Of a stretch of DNA of 64,000 nucleotides, positions 1 through 15,547 are shown piece after piece. Source of the stretch: Octopus vulgaris. Taxonomy: Eukaryota. The notes under the pieces are model-generated. The model was not told where the DNA came from and ran no database searches. It saw only the letters and a list, made by a program, of their open reading frames with translations. The stretch's first letter is position 1. Each line of letters opens with the position of its first letter. Both the position numbers and the translations under genes were made by a program. The DNA lies in assembly GCA_951406725.2 (NCBI GenBank), contig OX597821.1, positions 36,146,001 through 36,210,000 of the forward strand, read 5' to 3'.

Positions 1-559
1 ATAATAGGTTTCTTGTGGGAATTATTTTGGTGTAACTGTAGTATTCAGATCCTTATTGACCATAGCACTTCCCTTATTCCTTTCTTTATGATATCATTCT
101 TGTTTGAAGTTCATGAATATTTCCTATTCCTTTCTGCTGGTGTTACATTTCGGTTCATAGTGTGCTAATACATGATGTGGGAATGCAGTTGCAAAATTAT
201 TGAATTTGTTCAATGCTTTACTCTTAGCTTTTGTTGAGTTGTATTTGTTTTATTTCATGTTATTCGTCCACAGTTTTCGTAATCGTATAATACTTCTATT
301 AGACGTAAGACGTAATATTGTACAAAAGAGAAACATATCGACACATATTTCATTGAAGCAAGGTATTGTGTTGCTGGAGTGCACTTCAAACTTTTATCTG
401 AAGACTTGAACTTGTCTGTGTTCAAAGCTTTTATATCAAAGGTCAATTATCTTCGGTTTGTTACATTAGGTTTACACCATAGAGTGTTGGGGTTTACTAG
501 GTCAAAAGATATTTTAAATTTAGCTATTTTTCAGAGCTTCCGTAGTCGTTAACAATTTC

Positions 560-3500
560 TCAGATATAAAAATTTATGAAGTGAGTTCGTTGTTAGGTAC
601 AGATTGCAGCCGATTCTGGTTACATTTCCAATTCCTTTATGTATGTTGGGATCTTCAGTTATGGAAATATTCAGTCTAAAAGACGAGAGGCTTTGGGTTT
701 ATTAAGTGGGACTGCTATGTTGGCTAAATATCTCCTAATAACCATTATTGTTTCCGTAATCTCGGTGAATATAAGATTGAAATGTTGGTGTACATTTTAC
801 AGCTTGTGAGTAAGGTTTGAGAAATTTAACTTTTTTAAGAAATGCTTTAACTATATAACTTACTTTTTAAAATTTAATAGTCACACTTTTAGTTGGCCTT
901 GAATATTTACACACTTCAGGCCATTTGGAATAGCTATCCACCACAATGATATAATGAGCCATTTATTGGTCCTGCGAAATCCACATGTAGTCTAGACCAT
1001 GCCGAATCCGTTTTTGACCACGGCTGAATCTGCACTGTGGGCGCCTTTGCGGCCATAGCGCATCCCCTACACTGTTTTACCAGTCTCTCAATTTCCTTGT
1101 CCATATTCGGCCAATAAACGCAACTTCTCATAAGGCTCTTCATGGGGACTTCCCCGGATGTCCTACATGAAAGTCTTTTAATACTCTGTTTTGCATTGCT
1201 TCAGGTATTACCACTCTTTGTGCATATAATAATACCTCATCACACACTGAATAGTGCTTTGAACCTGCGTCCCGCTCATTTATATTTTTCGTGTTACTCA
1301 ACATTTTAAAAATCTTATTTATGAACCTATCATTTCTCGATTTCAATTTAATTTCTTCCAGTGTTACCGGCAAATCACGTACTACATTGCACAAAATTTT
1401 CTTCAGTTCCATTTCTAGTTTTAACGACGCAATCACCGTGTCCTCAAAAGGTTCATCATATTTTGGAATTAGCCTAAACAACCCGTCTGCATGTCCCATT
1501 TTCATTGATGGCAAAAACTCCATCTGGAAATCGTAGTTCAACAGTGTAGTCCCCCAGCGCTGTAAGCGATTTGCTGAGTGCGTTGGGATACCCTTTTTCG
1601 AACCACAAATAGACAATAACGGTCGGTAATCCGTTTGCAGTGTAAACTTCCTCCCATGTAAGAATTTATGGAATTTTTTTTACTGCGAAGATTAATGATA
1701 ACGACTCTTTTTCCGCTGGCAATAGAACTCTCGATGCATGTGCAATAGCTTTGATGTTACCATCATTAAATGTATGCAATATCACAGCTCCTATACCATA
1801 TTCACTGGCATCCGTTGCCACAATTATTTTCAGGTTTGGGTCGAAATGAGTTAATGATAACTCTGATATTAACCGCTTTTTTTAATTCCTCGAATGATTT
1901 CTGACATTCGTTTGTCCAGCTCCATTTCGAGTCCTTCTTTAGCAACTTATTCAACGGAGCTCTTAGCTCATACATTTTAGGTATGTACAACTGGTAATAA
2001 CTTACCAAACCTAAGAATGCTTGTAGTGTTGTTTTGTTAGTGGGAGCAGGCATTTTTTTATCGCGTCGATCCTAGAAGGGTCCTGTTTTCGTCCGTTTTT
2101 ATCGATCACTTCTCCTAAGTGCTTTATTTTTGTCAAGAAAAATTCACATTTATCCTCCCTTACTTTGAACCCGTAATCACATATTCGTTTGAAAACCTCT
2201 TCTATGTGTTCAATATGTTGGTCCCTTGATTCACTTTTGATCAATATGTCATCCAAATATGGGACCGCGAACTCACAATCTGCTAGCATAGTATCCATCA
2301 CTTGCTGAAATATTGCTGGTGCGACATTTACCCCCAAGTGGCAGTCTTTTGAAACGGTACAGACCTTTATGAGTATTGATTGTTAATACTTTAGCACATT
2401 CTTCATCTACCAGTAATTGGAGGTACACCTCTGACAAATCCAGCTTGGAAAAAATTTTCCCACCATTGCACTTAGCTAATATTTCCTCTGGTTTTGGAAG
2501 CGAATAATTGTAATTTTTTAAATAATCATTAAGACCAGTTGAATAGTCCGCACATACTCTTACCTCGTTGTTCTTTTTTATATATACCGTAGGAGCCGCC
2601 CACTCAGAGTAGTCTACTTTTTCAATTACTTTCATGTCTTCCAATCTTTTTACTTCCTTCTTAACTTGGTTTAATGCCGCAAAAGGCACATTCTTTTTCG
2701 GTTTGAACACCGGCACCGCATTTTCTTTCAACTCAAACTTTACTTTAATTTTTTTACACATACCGAACACTTTCGAAAAAATATCAGGGTACATCTTTTT
2801 CAATTTTAATTTCATTTTTTCCGATGCTTTCTCTGACACGGACTGTGACGCATTCACCTTGTTACATAATGTATTCAGTGATAGATCCCACGGGTCGAAT
2901 CCTTCCATTAAATCTGTCCCAAAGAGATTCATTGTATTCTTAGATACCATAAGTTTACATTTCCGCTTCCTGTTTTTAAGTTTTATTTCTGGTGAAATTT
3001 CGCCCAAGTTTAAAACTCGTTCCCCTAACACACGGTAGGCTATCCTAGTAGTTTTTTTTATACAACGGCCTGCCTATCTTACTCTATGTTGCCGTATTTA
3101 TTATCGATACGTCTGAACCGGCATCTAATTGCATTTTGGTCTGAAACCCATTTATTTCTACCAACACAAATTTTCGGTTTTGTCTGGTATAATTTACTTT
3201 TGTTGAGTAGACTTTCATCTGTTTTACCATTTTCTTTGACCGGCATTTCGTCTGTATATGTCCAGTTTTGCCACACTTAAAACAGGTTTTATTTTTAAAG
3301 GGGCAATCTTTCCTCAAATGTCGATCTCCACAACCATAGCACCGTTTTGAATTTAAATTTTTTCTTCTTTCTGTACTTTCTTTACACATTTGTACATTAT
3401 TATTCTTGTCTTCTATCTTTCTTGTATCATCTCGAAGGTTTATTATTTGTTGGCATTCCTCAGCCACATTCTGCAAAGTGAGTTACACATCTTGATTCAA

Positions 3501-4101
3501 CTTTGATAATATTCTTTTTCTAATTTCCGCATCTTCCGTTGCCACTAGCCCTTTAAAGAATATTAGGCACTTGAACATATCTGGCGTTAATTCTTCCAGC
3601 TTAAACCTTTCGCGAGCCTTATTAACCATACCGGTATATGTTACAAAATCGTCGACTCGTTTTTCTTTAAATTTAAACATTCCCATCGAATGTTAAACTG
3701 CAAACTTTTCTCGCTAAAAATATTAGTCAAAATATTTATCGTTTCATCAAAACACAATTCCGCGGGCTTTTTCGGCTAAATAAAGTTACAAAATCTTTCG
3801 TGTTCCGGAGTAGCAAGCTTTCGCAAAAGGAGTCTTACCTTCCTTTCACTAGTTCATCCCTCACATGTCTCTCGGAATATGTCTTCGTATCGTCTGTAAT
3901 ATGTAGCAAAAGTAGTTCCTTTATCCGGATTGTAGTGAAATTCTTCGATGGGATTTGCAACACCATATGCTGAAAATGATTCTATCGTATTTCTCGACTG
4001 CAGTAATAATTCTGTTAACATATGTAGTTGCTGCTGTTGTTGTTTTACAACTGCTTTCAGTAACTCTTCCATTTCGGTACCATTCGAAACCTCGTCGCCA
4101 C
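560..4101 (-). mobile_element. Degenerate Ty3/Gypsy LTR retrotransposon internal region (gag-PR-RT-RNaseH-IN), Mag/K02A2.6-like
   Basis: Minus-strand ORF fragments in Gypsy order: gag (3854-4114, 3483-3686), two zinc knuckles CYGCGDRHLRKDC and CFKCGKTGHIQTKC plus protease LDAGS (3084-3476), RT with YLDD (2011-3031), RNase H/linker (1140-2053), integrase HxGHPG...CxxC and WSRLHVDFAGP (934-1160). Many frameshifts; the 3' boundary is approximate. Confidence 0.93.
4090..4100 (-). promoter_or_regulatory. Primer-binding site of the Gypsy element (tRNA-Ser-type)
   Basis: The minus strand reads ...ATAACA g TGGCGACGAGG, i.e. an LTR end followed by a TGG-initiated PBS. From recalled tRNA sequence it is complementary to the CCUCGUCGCCA 3' end of tRNA-Ser(GCU). 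Confidence 0.75.
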
Positions 4102-4920
4102 TGTTATGTCGCACGTTCAGATACTTCTACTACTCAACTCTACTCTACTACTCTGTTCTCTCTGAATTTCTTTATTTGGCACTAAGGCCACGACACCGAG
4201 GGGACACTACGGATCTTTTCCTTTTGAACGGCAGTTTTCAACACAATTTCTAGTTAACTAAACACTTTTAAACTTCGTATACTGGTAGAATGTGTCAAAA
4301 TAAAACATTTTTCTCTATTGGCTTTCTTGAGAAAATTGTAATTTGTAAGTTTAACGTAGTTTAATTTTTCGAATTTTAACCAATCCTATGGCCTCTATTG
4401 AGCTAAAATCATTTGCTGCATCTAAAACAGACAACATACTGTCACTAACCCTAACCCACACCCTAACCCTAAATTTTAGCCTGTCGTTTTTTCTTAATTG
4501 TTAAATTAATTTAAGGATAACAATTAAGAAAAAAAAAGAAACGAAAGGCTAAAACGAAAGCAATGGAAAATAATTTTAATTTAACAATTAAGAAAAAAAA
4601 ACGAAAGGCTAAAACGAAAGCAAAAGCTCAAAACAAAAACAAAACGAATAATTTTAGACACACGCGTAACAATTAAATTAATTTAATAATTAAGAAAAAA
4701 AAAACTTTCGCCCAAGTTTAAAAGCGTTTAGTTAACTAGAAATTGTGTTGAAAACTGCCGTTCAAAAGGAAAAGATCCGACACTACAAGGACAGACACAA
4801 CACCACAGTGAGGACAACAAACATAAAACGGATGAAAATGAATATTATATAATAATGAGAAATGAAATGGCTGCATGGGCCCCATTCCACATGCAGTACC
4901 ATTGGAACGTTTTTACACTC
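4102..4920 (-). repeat. Probable 5' LTR of the Gypsy element, interrupted by a MITE
   Basis: Abuts the PBS with a canonical ...CA end (plus-strand TGTTAT at 4102). The far boundary is uncertain and no second LTR was recognised in the window. Confidence 0.5.
4211..4778. mobile_element. Non-autonomous DNA transposon (MITE), Merlin-like
   Basis: 65-bp TIRs (4211-4275 and 4714-4778, 1 mismatch) starting GGATCTTTTCC, with an exact 8-bp TSD GACACTAC at 4203-4210 and 4779-4786. GG termini plus an 8-bp TSD fit the Merlin superfamily (inference). Confidence 0.88.
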
Positions 4921-5428
4921 TGTTATTACGGTCTGATTTTTCCTCTTTTTTCTGTTCATTAAATGTCATTTTTTTTTCTCCAAAATTACTCTTTCATTTC
5001 TCTTTTTTTTTTTTATCGCTTCATATACTGCTCCAGCTCTCTCAGTTCGATTACTGTTGGCAGCTCATTGAACTCCACTATCATTCTGCTAGGGTCGATT
5101 CTATCACCGCACCTGTCTCTAAGTTTTTCATAAATCACCTTATCGGCGACCAAGTCTTTCACACGCTCAGAGTACGTATCTCTGGGCATTTTCACCCTTA
5201 CGATGTTCTTAAACTTCACAATTTCCTTTTCCACCTCCTTTTTTGAATAGGTAAAAAAATTCCATTGCTTCTTCCCTCCTCTAGGCTTTCTCCTTTCTTC
5301 CTCTCCCAATATAGGTTCCACTCTGTTCTCTCTGCTACTCTGATGTCTAGACTTCTCCCTCTATGTCTACGTATTGGGCTAGCCTACTTCATCGTCTGGG
5401 AGCGTCCACACAACAAATTCACTGCAGC

Positions 5429-5431
<3 letters not shown>

Positions 5432-5499
<68 letters not shown>

Positions 5500-5514
5500 T
5501 GTGTGTGTGTGTGT
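5432..5514. repeat. (TG)n microsatellite
   Basis: Seen directly. Confidence 0.97.
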
Positions 5515-5939
5515 ACATGTAAACTGAAAGAAAGGAAATATCGAAGATTTTCAGACGAAAAAATATGTATAGATATTTATGTATTAATAGATCAAACTTA
5601 CACAGAGTGTACATACAGCAGAGAACATTAAAGGTGGGGGTAGGGAGTAAGGTGTTTGAGGAATCCTGATTATCGAGGCTCGATTTATCCAATCTTTATT
5701 TCTGGTTGCATATCTTGATGAACTACATCGACTAATATTAGGGCCCCCAGAAACAGCTGTTGAACTTATAACACCTTTCTTCATCCCCTTTAATTTTCTC
5801 TGTCGTTTGTACTGTGTTTATGTTTGATCAATTAATATATAAATATCTATATATTTATACTTAAATAACCGTCATCTCAAAATCTTCAGTCTTTGTTTTC
5901 TTTCTGTTTACAAGTGCACATATATACACACACACACAA

Positions 5940-5965
5940 ACAGATAGACAGATAGATAGACAGAC

Positions 5966-6055
<90 letters not shown>

Positions 6056-6072
6056 GTAGGTAGGTAGGTAGG
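5940..6072. repeat. (GATA/GACA/GGTA)n microsatellite
   Basis: Seen directly; mirrored as (TATC/TGTC)n at about 11240-11355. Confidence 0.95.
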
Positions 6073-6275
6073 TCTAGAGTATTTCAAACCCTAGCAGTTA
6101 TATTCAATAACTTTATCCACATAACTACCACCATATCTACTCACTTGGATTCCTCTAACAGTCAACCTTTACCTTGCAGAATTGGACCCGCATAAAGACC
6201 TCGGTGTCTAAGTTCAATTCCTTTGAGGGTACCAAACATTCTCTATACCGAGAATATCTGGATCTCATCTGTTTA

Positions 6276-6322
<47 letters not shown>

Positions 6323-6326
<4 letters not shown>

Positions 6327-8451
6327 ACCAAGACCTGTGAACAAAAAGTGCAGAATCCCCCAAGACAGAAAAACCATTATCAGAAAAATAAAAAGAACAA
6401 ACAAAAAAATTAACAAACTAAAGTACTGCCAACAGCAACACACACATTCGACGGCTATCGCACTGCTTGAATCCAAAAAATATAACCTCCAACAATGCAT
6501 GAAGACCCTCATCAATAACCAAAGATCAGCTGAGGAGAAGTGGGCCATTGAAAAAATCAAACTCAACCCCAAAGTGTTCTTTTCATTTGCGAGGAAACAC
6601 AGGGTCACTGTCTCCATTGTTGGCCCTCTAATTGATGAAACTGGCACTCTCCAAGATAATTCCAAATCCATGGCCGAGATACTGCAGAAACAATACTGCT
6701 CTGTTTTCAGCAATCCTGATATGGCCGATCTGGGCTGTATCAGTGATGTCAACCCCCAACACACTATATCGGACATAACGTTTAGTGCCCCTGATGTCTT
6801 AGCGGCGATAAACGAAATAAAACACAATTCAGCAGTAGGCCCCGATAGGTTCCCTGCTTGTGTCCTGAAGGTGTGTCGACACCAACTTGCATCTCCCCTT
6901 GCTAATCTGTGGAGAAACTCACTGGATGCTGGCTATATTCCAAAAAACCTTCTGTCCCAGTCTGTTGTCCCAGTTTTCAAAAAGAGAAACAAGTCCCTTG
7001 CAGTGAACTACCGTCCGATCTCACTCACCTCTCATATCATCAAGGTATTTGAGAGGGTGGTGAGATCTCGAATAACCCAATTTCTGGAAAGCAACAGACG
7101 GCTGATCTCCAACCAACATGGGTTCCGTAATGGAAGGGACTGCTTAACGCAGCTCCTGCATCACTTTGATGACATTATGAGAGCTTTGGGAGAGGGCTCC
7201 AACACCAATGTCATCTACCTTGATTTCAGTAAGGCCTTCGACAGGGTCGATCACAAGATCCTATTGAAAAAACTATCCAACATTGGTGTCTCTGGAAAGT
7301 TACTGAAATGGATCAATTGTTTCCTGACAGACAGATCTCAACATGTTGTAGTTGAAGGGGTAAAATCAAGCCCAGCCAAAGTCAGTAGTGGCGTTCCGCA
7401 AGGCACTGTGCTGGGCCCACTTCTTTTCATCATTTACATTAATGACATTAATGACATCATCAAGCACAGCAACATAAAAATCTTTGCAGATGATTCCAAG
7501 CTACAGAAGGTCATAAATGAGGCGAGTGACCGGACATGCCTTCAGTCAGATCTACTGGCTGTTATCAAATGGGCAGAAAAAAACAATATGCTGCTGAACG
7601 AGGATAGATTTGAGTTAATCCACTTTGGAAAAGAGGATGCCCTGAAACTCCCATACTCCCTTCCTTCAGGTGAAACTCTCGCGGCGTCCAACAACATCAG
7701 AGACTTGGGAGTAATTGTGGACACCAACATAAGCTGGGCCACTCATATAAACACCAAAGCTGACATGGCCCGCAGAATGTGTTCCTGTATTCTCAGAACT
7801 TTCCAGTCGAGAGATATCCACACCATTATCCTTCTCTTCTCCACTTTTGCCCGACCCCACCTTGAATACTGTTGTCCACTGTGGTCTCCCCACATAATAC
7901 AAGGTATCATAAAAGTTGAAGCACCTCAAAGGGCAATCACAAAAAAGATAGATGGCATGACAGGCCTCGACTATTGGGGTCGACTAGAAAAGCTAAAACT
8001 TTACTCTCCAACGTCGTCGTGAGCGCTACATCATCTGCATGATGTGGAAAATATTCCATCAGCATTGCCCAAATGATGTTGGCATCACTTTTAAGGTACA
8101 TCCAAGGCTTGGGCCACGTGCCATCCGCCCAAAACAAAAATCGCACTCTCATCTCATAACAACAATACGGCACAATTATTTCACCTCAATTGGCCCCGCT
8201 CTCTTTAACATTACACCAAAACACATTAAAACAGAAACTGACCCTATAGGGTTCAAGAAGTCTTTGGACAGATTCCTTCAAGAAATCCCGGATAAACCCC
8301 CTACACCCGGATATGTCTCTGTAAACAATAACTCTCTACTTGAGTGGGCCATAGTGCCCAAATTCTGACTTGAAAGACTTCACCAGGTGGTGCTATTAAG
8401 TTAGACATGGCCTGGGCCAATAATGGCCGAAACCTATCAAAGTATCAAAGT

Positions 8452-8452
<1 letters not shown>
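6323..8452 (+). mobile_element. 5'-truncated CR1/L2-group LINE (RT), inserted in (TA)n
   Basis: RT motifs [35 protein letters not shown]. One frameshift near 8008; the C-terminus continues in ORF 8039-8368. Short repeat tail ATCAAAGT x2. (TA)n on both sides. Confidence 0.92.
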
Positions 8453-10766
<2,314 letters not shown>

Positions 10767-10972
10767 TATATATGTATATATATATATATGTATATATATA
10801 TGTATATATATATATGTATATATTAATATGTATATATATATGTATATATATATGTATATATATATGTATATATATATACATACATGTATATATATATACA
10901 TATATATACATATATATATACATATATACATACATATTATACATATATGAATATATATATACATATATATAT

Positions 10973-11035
<63 letters not shown>

Positions 11036-11248
11036 GTAAACAGATGAGATCCAGATATTCTCGGTATAGAGAATTTTTGGTACCCTCAAAGGTATTGAAC
11101 TTAGACACCGAGGTCTTTACGCGGGACCAATTCTGCAAGGTAAAGGTTGACTGTAAGAGGAATACAAGTGAGTAGATATGGTGGTAGTTATGTGGATAAA
11201 GTTATTGAATATAACTGCTAGGGTTTGAAATACTGTAGACCTACCTAC

Positions 11249-11306
<58 letters not shown>

Positions 11307-11391
11307 GTCTGTCTGTCTGTCTATCTGTCTGACTGTCTGTCTGTCTGTCTGTCTATATATATGCGAGACTTTTGTATCGTCTGCATAGCTT

Positions 11392-11463
<72 letters not shown>

Positions 11464-11496
11464 TTATGTATGTATGTATGAATGTATGTATGTATG

Positions 11497-12481
11497 TATA
11501 AGCTATGCAGACGATACGAAAGTCTCGCAGAAAATACAGAACCCCAGCGATGTTGCACACCTGCAGCAGGAGTTGGACTCAATCTACAGATGGGCTGTGG
11601 ATAATAATATGCAGGTTAATGCTGAAAAATTCCAGGCCCTGCGCTACCAGCATCCAAAACTGAATATTAAACTTACAGAATACACCGGTCCACACGGAAT
11701 TTCAATCCCAGAGCCTAAGTCTGTGAGAGACCTGGGTATCGACATGAGTGATGATAACTCTTTCGAAGTGCACATTACCAGGATGGCGACAAAGTGCAGA
11801 CGACTGGCTGGATGGATCCTAAGAACATTCAGAACCAGAGATAAGGAAACCATGATGATCCTCTGGCGGACATTCGTCTTCAGCCGCCTGGATTGCTGTT
11901 CACAGCTATGGTCACCCACCAGTGTAAAATTAACAGCGGACCTTGAAGCAATCCAGAGAAGATTCACAAAGAAGATCGTCTCTTTGCAACAGCTCAGCTA
12001 CTGGGAAAGGTTGAAACAGCTAAATCTCTACTCCCTGCAGAGAAGACGGGAGAGGTAGGCAGTAATATATGTCTGGAAGATCCTGGAAGGAATTGTGCCA
12101 AATTTTGGCATTGTAAGCTACACCAATGCTAGAACGGGACGACACTGCATAGTGACAAAGATCCCAGCAATGCTATCACGCTTCAGGACCAGCTTCTGCA
12201 ACAGCCTGGGTTTCAAGGGCCCACAGCTTTTTAATATTCTCCCAAAGAGTCTGAGGAACTTGCACAAAGTAGAGGTTTTTAAATCAAAGCTGGACATCTT
12301 CCTGCCGAGAGTCCCAGATGAACCTACCTCACGGCAAGAGGTGCAAATGAGAGTAGCTATATCAAACTCCATTCTTCACCAAGTGCCACATATTAGAGGA
12401 CGTTCTTCGCAATAACAGTGTAGCACAAAACGACGGTGCATCAGCATGGCCGCAGCTCTGAGCTGAAACAAGAAAAACAAA
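11497..12481 (+). mobile_element. 5'-truncated CR1/L2-group LINE (related subfamily), inserted in (TA)n
   Basis: Starts at SYADDTKV and is colinear with the 9027 element. Premature stop at 12058; the C-terminus is in ORF 12095-12415; similar 3' UTR. Confidence 0.9.
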
Positions 12482-13038
<557 letters not shown>

Positions 13039-13128
13039 TGGAGATAGTGAGAGAGCGGAAACTGACAGACAAAGCGAAGAGAGAAATGTTTGAATACGTC
13101 TTCTATATAAAACAAACAAAACAAGCGG

Positions 13129-13157
13129 TTTATTCTTACATGCTTCAAAACTTTATT
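13129..13157 (-). promoter_or_regulatory. Two AATAAA polyadenylation signals of the galaxin-like gene
   Basis: Plus-strand TTTATT at 13129-13134 and 13152-13157, 20-50 nt past the stop codon. Both are conserved in the paralog 3' region near 28347-28376. Confidence 0.6.
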
Positions 13158-13176
13158 TTGTCATATCAGTTACCAA

Positions 13177-13721
13177 TCAGTGAAAATGGTGGTGATGAGG
13201 GGGATGATGAAAATAATTCATCATCCACCATGGCCCCAAATTATTTTGTGTATTTAAATGCTGGTTGAAACAGGTACGAGTACGAGTGTCGTAAACTGTA
13301 CTCCCACAACAAGCATACCTGCCTGGTATGAGATTAGATCCTGTTGGAAAAGTAGCAGAAATTGATGTTACAACACCATTGCAGCAAACTTCCGTCATCT
13401 TATTCATTTTAGCTCCCCCGCAGCAAACGTCATATATTGATGTTCTTCCAATTTGTGGCCCACCACAACATAAGAAAGCCAATCTGTTAACAGGTCCGCC
13501 TAGACAGCAATCTTGGGTGGATATATCTATACCTGCCCCAGCGCAACATCCATTTACTCCTGCTGATTTACTAACGAGATTTCCGTTGCAACATACTTTG
13601 GCATCTCTGTCAAATCCTGCAACTCCACAACAAGCAGGATACATGAAACCACTTATAGCTGTCAGTTGTCCTTGGCAGCAAATGCTATTCTGAGGGTTGT
13701 ACAATTGGTTACCGCAATACT
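13177..13721 (-). CDS. Galaxin-like secreted di-cysteine repeat protein, exon 2 (terminal coding exon)
   Basis: Acceptor catttttAG|ag at 13722/13721 (phase 1). Encodes [17 protein letters not shown]...[16 protein letters not shown]...[19 protein letters not shown], with 9 CC pairs mostly 13-15 aa apart, the galaxin-repeat pattern. Joins in frame to the exon at 22335-22428. Confidence 0.88.
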
Positions 13722-14105
13722 CTAAAAATGAATCAGATATTAAAAATCAATTTAATTTAAATATTAAATACAAATGACAATGCATGTGTATAAAAAATTC
13801 GTACAAGTATTATATATGAATATAAAAAATATAGAATATACAGGATTATAGGCATATAAATATTTTTAAAAATTATTACTATTATAGACACATTTGACTT
13901 GTACGTATTTTATCGAGACTGAAAAGGAAAAAGAGAAATTCGACCTTAGTAGAATATGAAACCAGATTGCAAAAACTGAGGAAACGTTACTGAGCATTTT
14001 GTCCGGCTTCCTAATGATTCTGCTGGAATGCTGCCTTTTTGAATACAATACTCTCATTCATTAATATATGTGTATATATTTACACACACACACACATATA
14101 TATAT

Positions 14106-14144
<39 letters not shown>

Positions 14145-14146
<2 letters not shown>

Positions 14147-14307
14147 CAAAAGGGGCTAAACACAAATGGACAAACAAGGACAGACAAACGGGTTAAGTCG
14201 ATTACATCGACCCCAGTGCGTAACTTATTTAATCGACCCCGAAAGGATGAAAGGCAAAGTCGACCTCGGCGGAATTTGAACTCAGAACGTAACGGCAGAC
14301 GAAATAC
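14145..14307 (-). mobile_element. SINE fragment (family with GGTCGACTTTGCCTTTCATCCTTTCGGGGTCGAT core)
   Basis: Matches copies at 21152, 23887, 35958 and elsewhere in this window. Confidence 0.8.
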
Positions 14308-14319
14308 CATCTCTCTTAC

Positions 14320-14870
14320 GATTGACCATCCCTCCCACTCTCTCATCGCCTCCGCCTTCTTCAATCCCACAGATTCTCACGTTTACCTCAACTTCTCCTC
14401 CTCCCATCCCTTCCACACCAAACGGGCCAGCCGATACTCCCAGTTCCTCCGCATCCGATGCTTGTGCATCCAGGACCAGGATTTTGAGATTCAATCCCAG
14501 TACCTTGCCCGCCTGTTCCGGCATCGAGGATACACCTCAACCTATGTCCAAAACACACTTGCCCGCGCTCGTCGAATGGATCGCACCACCATAGTTTCTT
14601 CTTCCCCTCACCCACCCACTAACCGAACCCCTTCCCCTCCTTTTCCACTCTTCACTCAACCCCTTCGTCGCCTCCAGCTCGATCCCACTACCCGCCCAAT
14701 TTTCCCCAACTCACCCTTGTCCTCCTTTACATGCGCCCGGAACATACGAGATCTTCTGGTCCGTAGCACCTTCTCCTCTTCCCACCAGCCCCACCCGGAT
14801 TCTACCCGTGCTGCAGATCCCACTGCAACACCTGCCCCTTCATCAACAACACTACTTCTCTCATTGGTTC
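14320..14870 (+). mobile_element. Penelope-like element fragment (RT thumb and linker, Neptune-type)
   Basis: PTDSHVYLNFSSSHPFHTKR..YSQFLRIRCLC..LFRHRGY, followed in another frame by a Cys-rich YPCCRSHCNTCP linker; typical of GIY-YIG PLEs. Confidence 0.8.
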
Positions 14871-15547
14871 TAATCAGCAAACACACATACATGCACATAT
14901 ACACAAACACATACTTCCACACACGCATACATACACACACGTCTTTAGCTTTTGTTTGTTTATGTAGTTTGTAATATTTTTGTGGTCATTGTAATTCTAG
15001 CTGTTGGTGTAAATGGAAGCCATGAGTAGATTTCTCGTAAGGCTCTTTCTGGATATATGTAGATGAATCTCATCTTTCCTCGCTGTGAGCGATCTGTTGA
15101 TTTTTTAAGAACTTTAGGCGTAATATCAATGTTTTTAGGGCCTCCGTTGTTTTTTCCTCTTCCATACACTAGAATGCCTTGGAGTGGTTTGCTTCCCAAT
15201 GTATCCAACTCTTTAATATTTTCTGCACTACTGTCACTCATATACGCTCGTTGTGTTGGAACTGGAAGTGTCGCATGATGTCCACTATGTCTGATACTTG
15301 GTCCTCTAGCATAGAGTGGCAAGTCAGATACCAATATTTTCTCTTCCGACCCCGTTTCTTTAGGTTTGATGGAATAATAATAAACTCGTTTGATAACCGT
15401 GTGATAGTAGCCACAGAAAAGTGTTTTCCCTTGTGGAGAGCTAGCTGCTTTTTTTCTTTTATATTTAAACACTTGTCGATAATATTCTTTATTTAAGCTG
15501 GGAAAGTTGCTTTATAGCTCAGCCATAGGAGTTTTCATTAATCCCAG

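Noticed and set aside
13866-14057. Hydrophobic-looking MLSNVSSVFAIWFHILL as an alternative signal exon close to galaxin exon 2
   Set aside because: The sequence is a decayed SINE (GCAGAATCATTAG...GGACAAAATGCT head) and lacks a good donor.
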